From a virus, in IMG/VR virus record IMGVR_UViG_3300032897_000002, positions 1 through 64,000 of that record: DNA of 64,000 nucleotides. The stretch is one strand, 5' to 3'. The position numbers were made by a program, and so were the translations under genes. Shown one piece after another: positions 25,691 to 36,462 of the stretch (positions are counted from its first letter, which is position 1; each line of letters opens with the position of its first letter). The notes below the pieces were generated by a model that was not told where the DNA came from, did not search any database, and saw nothing but the letters and a program-made list of their open reading frames with translations.

Positions 25691-28600
25691 TCAAACTTGT
25701 GGTCCTGGTGCAACAATCGGCATCGGAACGGCGGGTCCGGTCGGATGCTTCGATTTCTCAAGCTCGGCCTGAAATTCGCGGGTCGTTGAAACGTCCGAAC
25801 CCGTCACCGTGGTATCTCCCCGGCGCTGCAACTCCTTCGCCACCGATTCGGCCGGCAGGTCGCTCAGCTTGCCACTGATGTTCATGGGCTTTACAACGGG
25901 CTCGGGCGGAGGCACCTTTGCTTTATGCTCAGAAAAGTGCAGATTAAGGTTGAGGAAAGCTGCCTGTTCCTCGGGACTCCCGTTGGCGAGTTTGCGTCCA
26001 CGCGGGTCGTTGATCACATCGAGACACGCTTCCGCCTCCGACGCATGATCGTCTGTGTCGCGCACTGGGACCGTGGAAACAAGGTCTGGCAGCGCGTTGA
26101 TGGCCGCTTCCATCTGCATAAGGGCCTGTGTCTCCTCGGGGGTTATCACGACGCCCTGCAACATCTTCGCGGCTGCCTGCGCCTTGGCCTGCTCGAAGGC
26201 CATCTGGGCCTGCTGCTTGGCGGGATTGGGAACGGGGCCGCTGGCTAGCAGTACATCCAACTCGCCCATTTGTTTGTCGTAGGCGTCGGCCTCGGAGCAC
26301 TTGAAGTGTCCGATGCGGAACGACTCCATCGCGGCCCGGATATTGGCGACCTTGCTGAGCAGTTTCATGACGAGCGGGTTGGTGACCTGCATCAGCACGC
26401 GGTTCCATGCGGCCTGACGCTGCGCGGGACTCTCGGAGTACCCGGCATCATCCTGCGGGAAGCACAGCACATTACCCTTGAGGTCGTCAATTTCGATATC
26501 GACCGCCTCGCCATTCTTGTCGGTTTGGTGGATGGAGGCATTCCGGCAGCGGGCCGCGAGTTGCACGGCCTGGCGATGGTAATTGCAGGTGGCCATCTTC
26601 ATGGCGTGCCACGGCGTTCCCTGGGTCGCGAGGGCCTGATCGCGCTGGATTTCGAGAGCGACACCGGATGGATTCGCAACGTCTGTATTGGCCGTGGACC
26701 CGAAGAGAGTCGGTAAGGCGTGCACAATCAACTGCGGCAACTGCTCGATGAAGTACATGATTAACTGGATCATGAACGGCTGGCCGGTGGGGGTCGGAAA
26801 CACAAACATGGAGTCGGCTATGGGCTTTCCCGCCGCTGCGCCTTGAAGCTGCCGCGAGTCCACTGGGATGAACGCCCCCGGATTCGAGCCGGTCTTGTTG
26901 AGCGCGTCCACGTCGAACAGCACCGTGTCCACTGCGGTGTGCGGGACGCACTTGGTCATGTAGGCATCGGCCAAATCGAGCCAGTTGTTGAGGCGCCGCT
27001 GGATGGACGTGAGGCTGGACATGAGGGACTTGCGGTTCTGGCCTGTACCCGGAAGGGCCTGGATGAGCGTGAGGTGATCATCCATGCACTCATTGCGGGC
27101 CTCGATGAACGTGTCCCCGGCCATATAGCACTTCACGCCGTCGGGGAACGCATCGAACAGTTCACGCCGCACATCGAGGTCTTCCACTTCCATAAACATC
27201 GCGGGCCGCATCCAGATGCGATGCAGCGTGACATCCTTTACGAGCGAGTCCCCGGTGACGTAGCTCGCTTCGAGCGACAACGACACGTTGATGCGGGCAA
27301 TGCGGTCCAGTTCGATTTCGGCCACGCCGGAACCACCCGGCTTGATCTTGTCGGCTTTCTTGGGGAACATGGCCTTCAGCCGCGCCACATCGAACTCGCG
27401 GGAGACCTTCACGAAATCCATTTCGTCAAGCGATTGCGCGACGATGGGGACCTTCGCCTCTAACTTGCCGCAGACCTCCACGACTTCCTGCCCACGCGGG
27501 ATGCCACGCTTGATGCCGGCCGGTTGAGTGCCGGTGGATTTGGGGAAGATGGGCCGCATGTCGTAGTTGGCGTCCTCTTTCTGCTCCACCACCGCTACGC
27601 CACCCGGAGGCACGTTGGTAATGCCGTAGGGAATCTCAGGGTTCAGAAATTGGCCCACAGAACTAATAACCGAATCATGACAGACGATGGCAAACGGTAG
27701 CCCCGGAGTTCGCAGCAGGTCCAGAATTGCAGAAGCAACGCGCTGATTGAACTCCTCGACATTCTCTCCGCCGGGAGCTTCCTCTTCGCCGGTAAAGATT
27801 TCGCGTATTTCCTCGGCATTTTTTTGCGCATCCTCTCCCGTAAGCGTTCCCAGGTCGAAGGCGGCTAGACGGTCATCAACATCGTAAGGCACCCCAAGGG
27901 CCTGCGAAACGTATTCGGCCGTCTCCACGCTCCGCTGTACGGGGCTGCACACAATGCGGCTGATGTTCTTGCCCTTCAGGAATGCCGCTACCTTCTCGGC
28001 CTCGCGCCGTCCGAGCTTGTTGAGCGGGTCCTGCGACTCGCCGCGCAGCTTGCCCTCAGCGTTCTTTTCGGTCTCGCCGTGGCGCACGATGTAGAGCAGG
28101 GGATTGTTGACGTGCTCTTCGGTTTCGGGCACAACGGGCTCGGCAGGCTCGTTGAGGGGCTCCCGCCCAAAGCGCTGCGCGTCGATAACGTGGTCTGTTA
28201 TCAACACGACCCGGCCATCGGTACAGAGGTAGTTGGCGATCTGCATGTGGGTGCCCAGCAGGTCGTTCTGGCTCTCGAACACGCGGGCATAATTGGACGC
28301 GGCTTCCTTCGCGGTGATGTCGGCATCGTCCTCGGGGTCACGCGCCTGGAACTGCACGCCGGGAATGTCACGCGATAGCGCTGCCGTGATGATCTGCTCG
28401 TAGCAGCCGTAGATGTTGGTCTCGTTGCCCCAGAACTTCTTGTTGCGGGTTGTGCCGCCGATGGTGCCGCTGAAACCGAGGGCTACCCAGCCGCCACCAC
28501 GTCTCGGTAAAAGATATTGATAACCACGGGAATAGAGTCTTTGGGACCAAGCGTCTTCAAACTTCCCATCTGCGCGCGGCCAAGTCGCGCCTTGCGGTTG

Positions 28601-28772
28601 CACCGCACAGGTCTACTAACGTGTTTTCTGCCTTCTCGCTGAGCTTACTTGGCTGATATGGTGACGACCAAGCAGGACTAATTTCGCCCGGTTCAAATTC
28701 TAGGCTAGGATCGCCTTGCGGCCTTTTCTTGGTTTCTTCATCAGTCGAATTGAAGGTAGGGTATGTTGCCAT
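25691..28772 (-). CDS. Portal protein (P22-like) with inserted histidine-phosphatase domain and a +1 frameshift near 28558
   Basis: The 71-aa ORF 28557..28772 (RBS GGAGG) joins ORF 25691..28603 as RRWEV|EDAWSQRLY. Portal-like N.Y..Y...I.AALS...P.VQF.ARDPEDDAD..A.EAA motif. RHG phosphatase insert at about 27545..28100. Confidence 0.75.
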
Positions 28773-28805
28773 CAGATGGTATCCCTCCGATCTCCTGAAA
28801 CTCGC

Positions 28806-29234
28806 TCATTGGATCACTATTGAATCCCTTTGACGCGATTCAAGCAATTTTTCGTGCAACGCTTGGCGGTATGCCAATTTCTCCTTTGGGCAACTCTCTC
28901 GCCGTTGCGTATGGACAACCAAGGTTTCTATGAAATCCAACGCTAGGCCGATCTGTTCTCGTTTTCGAATTGAATGCGGATATATGTCGGCAAGAAATCT
29001 TTTTGCCGAAGTTCCGACAGCTTTTAACTGCCAGCAAGCCGCAGATTTTCTGGGTTGGCGAAGTCTAAATTCTGGGTAGAGTAGCTGAATTGCGGAGAGA
29101 AGCCCTTTGTCGTTTTGGGCTATTTCAACATTCAGTTGGCCGAACGGGGTCGAGGGCTTGATGGTATAGATGCTTACACAGCCTTCGCCATCAAAGAAGC
29201 CTGCGAGCCATTGAGGAGTTATTCTTTCAATCAT
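28806..29234 (-). CDS. Free-standing LAGLIDADG homing endonuclease
   Basis: WLAGFFDGEGCVSI motif; ...PHSIRKREQ. Confidence 0.9.
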   Translation of the reverse strand: MIERITPQWLAGFFDGEGCVSIYTIKPSTPFGQLNVEIAQNDKGLLSAIQLLYPEFRLRQPRKSAACWQLKAVGTSAKRFLADIYPHSIRKREQIGLALDFIETLVVHTQRRESCPKEKLAYRQALHEKLLESRQRDSIVIQ

Positions 29235-29348
29235 TTTGTTGGCTGGCCCCGCCCGGTTAGTGTCTGTGCGGGGCTCCTGCCTCTTTGGCAGTCAGATGTC
29301 CTGCCAAACCGGATACTACTTAAAAATCATTGCAAATGCAAATGCTCC

Positions 29349-29531
29349 TTACTTACCTGCCTTAACTTTCCTGCTGGTGAGACTTTCTTTCGGAAAGTCG
29401 CACCCTCCTATTCCGCCCGGTATTTCTTTGGCGAACCACCTGACGGTAATAGTTCCGAAAGGCTCTTGAATTCTTGTTATCGTCAGAGCCGGACTTCCGC
29501 TCTTCAGGTAAACAACGTCACCGACTTTCAT
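29349..29531 (-). CDS. DUF2158/YodC-like protein
   Basis: MKVGDVVYLKSGSPALTI...VRWF...FP.ESL. Confidence 0.8.
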   Translation of the reverse strand: MKVGDVVYLKSGSPALTITRIQEPFGTITVRWFAKEIPGGIGGCDFPKESLTSRKVKAGK

Positions 29532-29538
29532 TCTCACC

Positions 29539-29727
29539 TCACTTTGAAACATTCCTTGCGAAATTTGCCTGCTTAACCGTGGCCGGGTATTCATGCTCCT
29601 TGTTCGCCATGACGTGGGCCGCGTACTCTTTCGTGCTCATGCCGTGGCGCTTGGCCTTGCGGCCGAACAAACCAACTGTGCCTTTTTCTTCCTGCCGTTT
29701 TACAGCATCTTGTATCCATTTCGCCAT
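29539..29727 (-). CDS. Small basic phage protein (MAKWIQDAVK...)
   Basis: AGGAGG RBS; Lys/Arg-rich. Confidence 0.6.
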   Translation of the reverse strand: MAKWIQDAVKRQEEKGTVGLFGRKAKRHGMSTKEYAAHVMANKEHEYPATVKQANFARNVSK

Positions 29728-29737
29728 GGCGGACCTC

Positions 29738-30594
29738 CTAATTGATACTCCCCTCACTTGTGACCGCCGCTGATTGGGCGCACCCGTCACTCTCGGGCCT
29801 ATCGCAGTCAGAATGAAACACATCTTTCTCTGAACGAAACCAAAGCGGGCCAGACCCGTTCCAGTTATACGTCACTGGCGCGTATCCCCAGGAGAACCTT
29901 TTCCGCACTTGCAGCACTTCGAGAAGGCCCAGCGCTTGAAATTGTCAATGAAATGAATCCGCAAACGCCAGTGCAGAATATGCCATTTCGGATGGCGATA
30001 CCAGGGACGCCGCTCGCGCAAAATCTTGCTCATGATGGCGCAGAAAAAACTCTCCGCGTCCTGCTGACGAAACCACTTGTCCTCTTCGACGGTATTCGGC
30101 TGCGGTGGGTGATACCAGTTGGAATGGTATCCGCTTTTGAAGGCGAGTCTGTGGCGGAAGTTGTCGATGGAATTATGAACCATCTCGGAGGCCCACTTGG
30201 TCGCCTCATCCAGCGTCACAGGTCGCTTTCGCAATCGCCATCTTCGCCAACCCAAGCGGTTCTCCAAGCACATTGAGACGATCAGAAAGGCGCCTCGTAC
30301 CAGCGCTTCACATTGAACTGCGTCCGCATTCTCCTTCGCGTCCAGCGCTGCGAACCAAGGAGTTCTCGCTTCATCTTGCGCGAGGGTTTCTATGATTTCT
30401 CTTTGAATCTGGTTCAACGGGGGATGGAACCAGCCGCAGGAATCATCTGATCGTTGGCCGGGAATATGCCGCTCCGGGTCAATGTGCCAGATCGTGATGA
30501 ATGGAACCCAATAGCGCCAGCGCTTCTCCTTGCCAAAACTGTGCCACTTCCAACGCCACGGAATCACAAAAGCCTGTGTTGATGGGTCGTGCAT
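29738..30594 (-). CDS. Trp/Arg-rich hypothetical protein, frameshifted (-1) near 29900
   Basis: The 0 frame stops at 29872. The -1 frame continues CGK|RFSWGYAPV...FHSDC to TAG at 29738 and completes a CxxC...HxxC site. Confidence 0.55.
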
Positions 30595-30854
30595 CAAACC
30601 TCCGGTGAAACAGCTTTCCAAGATTTTTCAAATACGGCGCGAGCCGCGAGCGACACGACGCCCTGCTCATTAACTACATAGTAATCGTTTTGGTTTGCAC
30701 TAACAGGACATCGCGATAGCACGCTCTGCGGCACCGTCACCTTGCGGTCGTCCTCCAGCAGCAGGGTGACGCCGTTCATTTCATCGTGCGAAACAACGGA
30801 CTTGATACGGAACGCATGAACCCTTGGAAGCCTCTGTTCGAAAACCACGTTCAC
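30594..30854 (-). CDS. Hypothetical protein
   Basis: Tiles the operon; DYYVV...G...S....VFE pattern. Confidence 0.55.
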   Translation of the reverse strand: MNVVFEQRLPRVHAFRIKSVVSHDEMNGVTLLLEDDRKVTVPQSVLSRCPVSANQNDYYVVNEQGVVSLAARAVFEKSWKAVSPEV

Positions 30855-31602
30855 CTCAGTTCTTCAGAATGCCGTGCGGGACTTCGATCACGGCCTTGTT
30901 CAATTCCTGTTCTTTTTTGGCGTTCTCAGCCATCACTGCTTGCATCGTGCCGGCCACAATCGCCTGCGTAACGCATTGCAGCAGAAATTCTCCCGCTTTT
31001 GCGGAGAGAACCTTGGCTTTTATTGCCTCGCGGATATCCTTTTCGTTCTCGCCTATTTCGCGGCACGTCAGGACCATCATCTTGACGGGCTGCATCATCT
31101 GCGGCGGTGCCTCGGAGGGCGGGGCGGGGATTTCGGGGTCGCTCATTATTTCCTCACTTTGGTTTTTGGTATTCGCATGTGCCACACGAAAACTTGGTTG
31201 TGTAGTGGGATTCAGGCTCAAATCTATTGCAACACCCGCGCTCCAGACTGATGCCGCCATTCACACGCACCTTGGAGCACTCGCCATCCTTATGGGCTCC
31301 GACGAGTTCCATATATCCGGCTTCGGAGGCATTCAATCGGGTGTCAGCCATGTCTCTCCGCATCCTTCACTAGAAATTGGCGAACTTCCTTCGGCTCAAG
31401 ATAGTTGGACGGCCTGAAGCCTTCAGCCTTTTCGTTTCGAACTACGATGAGCACGAATGCTCGGCTCACTCCGCCATTGGGTTCTATCAACGGGAAGGCC
31501 GATATGCCGTTGGGGTCTTCATACAGCTTGAAGCCGTGAACCAGCGCCGTGTAGCTTAGAGCCAGCATCAACTCCGACAATTCTTGAAATCGGTTTGGAG
31601 TG

Positions 31603-31842
31603 TCAGCCATTCTGCCTCGCAAAAGATTTTTTCTTGCTTCCGGCTATCCACTTCCCGCGCCCGGCCTTGTGGTCGGACAGTTCGTCCCGGTGCTCAACCT
31701 CTTCGGACCTTATATGGGAAAAAAGCCCAGCCGACCCGGAATCACCCCGCTTGCGGGCCTGCCTGATGCCACGGCTGTAATGGTCGATGGCCTCGCGTTC
31801 GTCGCTGATGAGAGATTCGAGACAACCTTTTTGGCCCATCAT
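31603..31842 (-). CDS. Small half-ferritin/rubrerythrin-like protein
   Basis: DEREAIDHY...LFSHIRSEEVEHRDEL (E...EExxH). Confidence 0.6.
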   Translation of the reverse strand: MMGQKGCLESLISDEREAIDHYSRGIRQARKRGDSGSAGLFSHIRSEEVEHRDELSDHKAGRGKWIAGSKKKSFARQNG

Positions 31843-32092
31843 TCCACCTCCGGCTCGATTTCAAAACTGAAAGGCGTCAGGGGTTCCTTACCCGCCTCGC
31901 ACCAGCGCACGAACTTTCTTGCGATTTCGGGGAGAAGATAGCGCGTTGAAGCAGGGCCGGCCACGATGCAATCCTCTCGCACCATCGGGTTCGGTCCAAG
32001 CACGCGGGAAGCCGCCAGTCCGATAGGGTCGAACATCGAACAGCGCCGATTCTCCCGGCCCCGGCTTATGTCTTCGGCTGTGACGTGGATCG

Positions 32093-32323
32093 TCAATCGC
32101 TCATGCCTCCCCGGACGAAGCCCTTCTTGGGCCTTGGCTTTGCGTGGTACACGAAACTCCCTTTATGCTGCTTAGCGACGACTGAATTAGCCGCCTTGAC
32201 CGCCCGCGCATCATCGCCAGTGGACTCAAGTTCGCTGTTGGCGACGGTCGCCCAGAGCTTCTTCAGCTTTGGAGTGTCGGCCTTATGTGTTTTTTCGGAG
32301 GCGTCACTTGCAATCCACGGCAT
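32093..32323 (-). CDS. ChaB-like small basic protein
   Basis: KKLWATVANS.L...GDDARAVKAANSVV pattern. Confidence 0.5.
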   Translation of the reverse strand: MPWIASDASEKTHKADTPKLKKLWATVANSELESTGDDARAVKAANSVVAKQHKGSFVYHAKPRPKKGFVRGGMSD

Positions 32324-33506
32324 GACTCACCTCACCTTCTTGCCTTTCGTGAGTTGGGATTCGCTGATGGCTTTTTGAAGCAAACCCGGCTCTCGCGGCG
32401 CCTCGTCCTTGGAGAGTTTGCCGATGAACTTCTTTGCCTCGGCTCCGCACATCTTGACCTTCAACTTGACTTCGATGGCGACACCTCCTTCTCAGTCTCC
32501 GGCGTCGGAACCGAAGGCTGCGGAGTTCCCCTGCCCTCTACCCACGGCTTGCGGCTATTGACGGCCTTGATGATGATGCCACCGCGCCGCGTGATGAGGC
32601 AGCCATCGGGGTAGCGCTCCGCAAGTTTCAGAGAGCCGTCCGGGTCGGGCCACACCCCAAGAGCCTGCGGCGGAATCCATGTCGTGGTGACGGTGACGAG
32701 CTTCTCTTTGCGCTTGCGGATGTAACGCATTTTATTCTTGTGCCACTTCCTCTTCGATCTCTGGTTCGATCCTGCGCTTGTCCTCTCTCGCCAGTCTTTC
32801 AGATTCCTTCGGGCCAGTCGGATGCGCTCGACTTCGTGCGTGAGTTTGGATTGCTGGTGGCGGAGTATCAATGCCATGTACCTGTTCAAGCACTTGATGC
32901 GCCCGGAAATATTCAGGATGGACCTGAGTATATTTGAATCCATCGGCGTGTTTTATAACAAGCTGATGCTGCCCGTTTCCCAAAAACCTATAATGATGTT
33001 CAACAACATTTCCATGAAGCCTCATACCTTCTTCATGTGGACTGCCGCCTGGGGCTTTTGCGAAGTCATCCTCTCCCCGCTCCGACAGGCTCTTGTCCTG
33101 CTCCTGCTCGTCCAACCATTGCTGATACTTTCTGCCTTGAATGGCGGTCGGAAATCTTTTCCCATCCTTCGCTACAAATCCCGTAAGGCACCCCCAGCAG
33201 AATATTTCCGAAAGAGGTAGCTTTCAAAATGCCACGACCGCCGCATCTCGCGCTTCTCGGAGGCCGGCAGGAAGCTCAGCAGCGTGCGCCAACTGCGATG
33301 GGTCTTGAAGAAGTGATGGTGATTACGGAAACTCTTTGTCACTCCGGGTCAGCCTCCTGCTCGCTGGTCTGGTACTCCTCGAAGCGTCCCGGCGGATGGC
33401 GCTGCTGGTACGCATCGGCCTTTTCCTTGGTGGTGAATATGCCATCCACGACCCAATGCTCGCTTACCGTCCAACGGCTTAGGATATAGACCTTCATGGT
33501 GGAATC

Positions 33507-34388
33507 CTATTCTTGCTTGGTTTTTGAATCAAGCAATTTTTTGAGCGACTCGACGGCGCACAGGCTGCACAGTGAGAACACGGTGATTTCGCCCGCTGCA
33601 CGCGGCTCCGCTTCGATCTTGAAACCACCCTCGGTCAGCCGCTTCGCGAACTCGTCAATTTCGGATGCGGAGGGCTTCAGCGAGATGGTCAGGCATGGCC
33701 TGCCATGCTCGCAGACGGATTCTCCCAGCCGCGCCTCGCAACTAAACGGCAGAACCAGACGTGCTTCCGCCGCCGCGATCTCTTCCTCGGTGGGGGGATT
33801 TTGCGTACTCCAGAAGAGTCCCTGGTGCGTGTAATTGGCACCGGGGGAGAGCACAAATCCCGCCAGTTGCAACTCTTCCTCCGTCATGTCAAGGTCAAGC
33901 GTAAGATTGTCGGGCCAGCAAAAGTCCATAGCCGCTCGCTTGGCGTCGTAGATGACCAACTCTTTCCCGCTGTCCGTTATCGGACTGAATTCCAGCCGCA
34001 TGATGGGATCGGGGAGGCAGGTTATAAGGTGAAAACGCTCGGACGGTAGGCAGGCCGGAATCTTTGTTTCCGGCAGGAGTCCGCTCTTCTCACGAATGAA
34101 TGCGTGTCGGCCCACGGTGAAGATATAAACATGATTCTGCGACTGGGGAACCTCTGGAGGAGGACTGAGTGAAGGCCAGCATCTACGATTGGCGTCTGCT
34201 TGGAAGCTTTGCTCTTGCTTTTTGATCGCCTCGCTTTTAGGCGCGACGATGCGGGCGTCGATGGAAGCCTGACGCTCTTTTATGATCTCAGGACTGGGCT
34301 TTTTTATTCTAGGGGCGGGGACTATTTTCTTGCCAAAAAACTTACTAAGCCACTGCCTAATCTTTTCGAGCATCTTCGGTCCTTTCAC
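33507..34388 (-). CDS. Hypothetical protein, paralog of 14004..14906
   Basis: Shared motifs with 14004..14906 (see findings). Confidence 0.65.
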   Translation of the reverse strand: MKGPKMLEKIRQWLSKFFGKKIVPAPRIKKPSPEIIKERQASIDARIVAPKSEAIKKQEQSFQADANRRCWPSLSPPPEVPQSQNHVYIFTVGRHAFIREKSGLLPETKIPACLPSERFHLITCLPDPIMRLEFSPITDSGKELVIYDAKRAAMDFCWPDNLTLDLDMTEEELQLAGFVLSPGANYTHQGLFWSTQNPPTEEEIAAAEARLVLPFSCEARLGESVCEHGRPCLTISLKPSASEIDEFAKRLTEGGFKIEAEPRAAGEITVFSLCSLCAVESLKKLLDSKTKQE

Positions 34389-34602
34389 GGTTGTGGGGCA
34401 AGCGGAATTTCGTCCATCTTCGGCCCTTGTCGCACTATCTCTGCTATTTTTGCCAGCATGGCTCCAAGGGCCATCGACTCGACGCTCCCTGGCATCACGT
34501 TGACCACCGTTATGCAGCCATATTGATTCAGTCTGTCCAAAATCATTTGTAGGCCATTCAGTGACATTCGGCAGCCATTAAAATCTACTCTTGTGGGCTC
34601 GT

Positions 34603-35031
34603 TCACCGCTTCACCTCCATGCCCGGAGGAGCAGGAATTCCAGCGCGTTCCCAGTCGATCTGCTTGACGATCTCGGGCGGTAACTCCGTGATGTCCCCCC
34701 AAAGCATTTTATTGGCAGCCGCCAGTGCGCCACGGACACGCTTATTGTCGTCCACCAGGGTCTTGCCCGCTTCCCTGAGCGTGTCCACCTCCGTCTGCAA
34801 CCGCGCCTTATCGGCCTGGAGGCCCTCAATCTGCTTCGTGAGCATTTCGGCCGTCTGCTGTGCCGCCACGATCATGTTGGACTGCGAAGCATTCAGGGCC
34901 TTCAGCGATAATACTTCGGGCCGTAGGCGTTCAACCTCATCGTGATCTTGCTGGTGGTCTTTGAGGAGTTTCAGGTACTCATCGCGGTCCAGCTTGACGT
35001 GCGGGCGGAATAGGCGTTCAAGGAAGGTCAT
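34603..35031 (-). CDS. Coiled-coil hypothetical protein
   Basis: Heptad pattern; RBS GAGGTG. Confidence 0.55.
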   Translation of the reverse strand: MTFLERLFRPHVKLDRDEYLKLLKDHQQDHDEVERLRPEVLSLKALNASQSNMIVAAQQTAEMLTKQIEGLQADKARLQTEVDTLREAGKTLVDDNKRVRGALAAANKMLWGDITELPPEIVKQIDWERAGIPAPPGMEVKR

Positions 35032-35818
35032 AGCGTTTCACCTCGGAATATCAATCTCAGTCCCGGTCCCCCAGACGTTATCCATCTGCGTGATGACGGA
35101 CTCCGGGCAGTCCGTCGTGACGATGCGTCCCACTACTCCGGTTTCGCGGTCATGCACGATGAAGCCGACGATCTCCAGATGGAGACGGGCGAGGCGGTTG
35201 GAGAGTTCTTCCACGGTGATCTTCGGCATCAGTCTTCCATTCTTGCGATTGCTTCTCGGTAAGCGATTTCAAACCGCACCGCGTCGGCCGTAGCTGAGTC
35301 CTCTTCTTTGCGGGAGTATCCTGGTGATTCATACATTTCGAGCGCATCATAAAGGAAAACGGTGTGTGCTTCCTTTATGGCCTTGTAATCAGGCATTTTT
35401 GGTATCACGCCGTCCATCACTTAGCCTCCGGGGGCCGCTGTAGTGCGGCATTAACGCGCAGCGCACAGGAATGGCAGAGGTCTACCGGCACGGGGCTTAC
35501 CGCTACTGATGGAGTAATCCCAATTGAAAAGCTAATTTGGAGCCTTGCCCCAACTTCTCTTGGGTCTCCGATTACTCGGTCACAGCGATCACAATGAGTC
35601 TTCGTCATCAAGCATCTCCATAAGAGTAGTCGTCCGCATTGTACCGCTTTCGGGCGTCCGGGTCACTGAGATAGCGGACGGCGCGGCCACCCGGATAGAC
35701 CTTGTAGAGCCCGCGCCCGCTGATACGCGCCCAGAGGGCCTCGTTGATTCTTGCGGAGGCGGCTAGGGCTTCTTCGAGTGAGTCAAACCAGATTGGGTGC
35801 TTTGGATATTGCATTGTG

Positions 35819-36436
35819 TCACCGAACCGGCGTGATGCTGATTGCTCCACTATAAGGACGCACTAGATTATCGGTACTGGCTGGTGTAATCCATGCACCG
35901 CCGCACGGATTCGCAGGCGCAGGCTCGGGCTTGGCAGGCACGATGAACTTGAAGTCGTGGGTGAAGTCGAAGCGGGGCGGGTTATTCATGTTCTCGATGC
36001 CTTCTTCGTTCCAACCTTTTCGGATGCGGCGTTCCTTGCCGATCTGTTCATCGGCCTCTTTCTTTTTAATTCGATATTTGGCAAGGTCTTGTTCGGAAAA
36101 ACAAAATCCGTCAGTTGGGGCTCTTCCGTCAGCGCACTGAACTGCCTTTTCCCCTGTCATCCCATTAAAAGTAGTAGCACTACTGGGGTTGCTGATTAAC
36201 GACCATTCGGTAGCAGGGGTGTAATGCTGCTGGCTCGCCTCCGGGTCCTTGGGCTCAACGGTCAGGTACTTCTCGCTGATTTGCTTCTGGACGGCCGCCC
36301 AATCCTTCTGGGCCGCAATCATGCGCTCGTAAACCTGCTTGGCATGGCTTGCGTCCTCGGGTGATAGCTGGACCACGTATGCCTCCTGGCCGTAGGCGCA
36401 GAAGCAGAAGGCGAAGAGAAATATCAGGTGTTTCAT
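35819..36436 (-). CDS. Exported hypothetical protein
   Basis: Sec-type signal peptide MKHLIFLFAFCFCAYG-Q. Confidence 0.6.
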   Translation of the reverse strand: MKHLIFLFAFCFCAYGQEAYVVQLSPEDASHAKQVYERMIAAQKDWAAVQKQISEKYLTVEPKDPEASQQHYTPATEWSLISNPSSATTFNGMTGEKAVQCADGRAPTDGFCFSEQDLAKYRIKKKEADEQIGKERRIRKGWNEEGIENMNNPPRFDFTHDFKFIVPAKPEPAPANPCGGAWITPASTDNLVRPYSGAISITPVR

Positions 36437-36462
36437 GACGGGCTCCTTTCAAGATATTCGAT

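Noticed and set aside
27545-28100. Intein in the portal
   Set aside because: No N-terminal Cys/Ser or C-terminal His-Asn splice motifs; the insert has phosphatase motifs instead.
28773-29348. Second group I intron around the LAGLIDADG at 28806
   Set aside because: No P7 or J8/7 motifs found, and the flanking genes are complete on either side.
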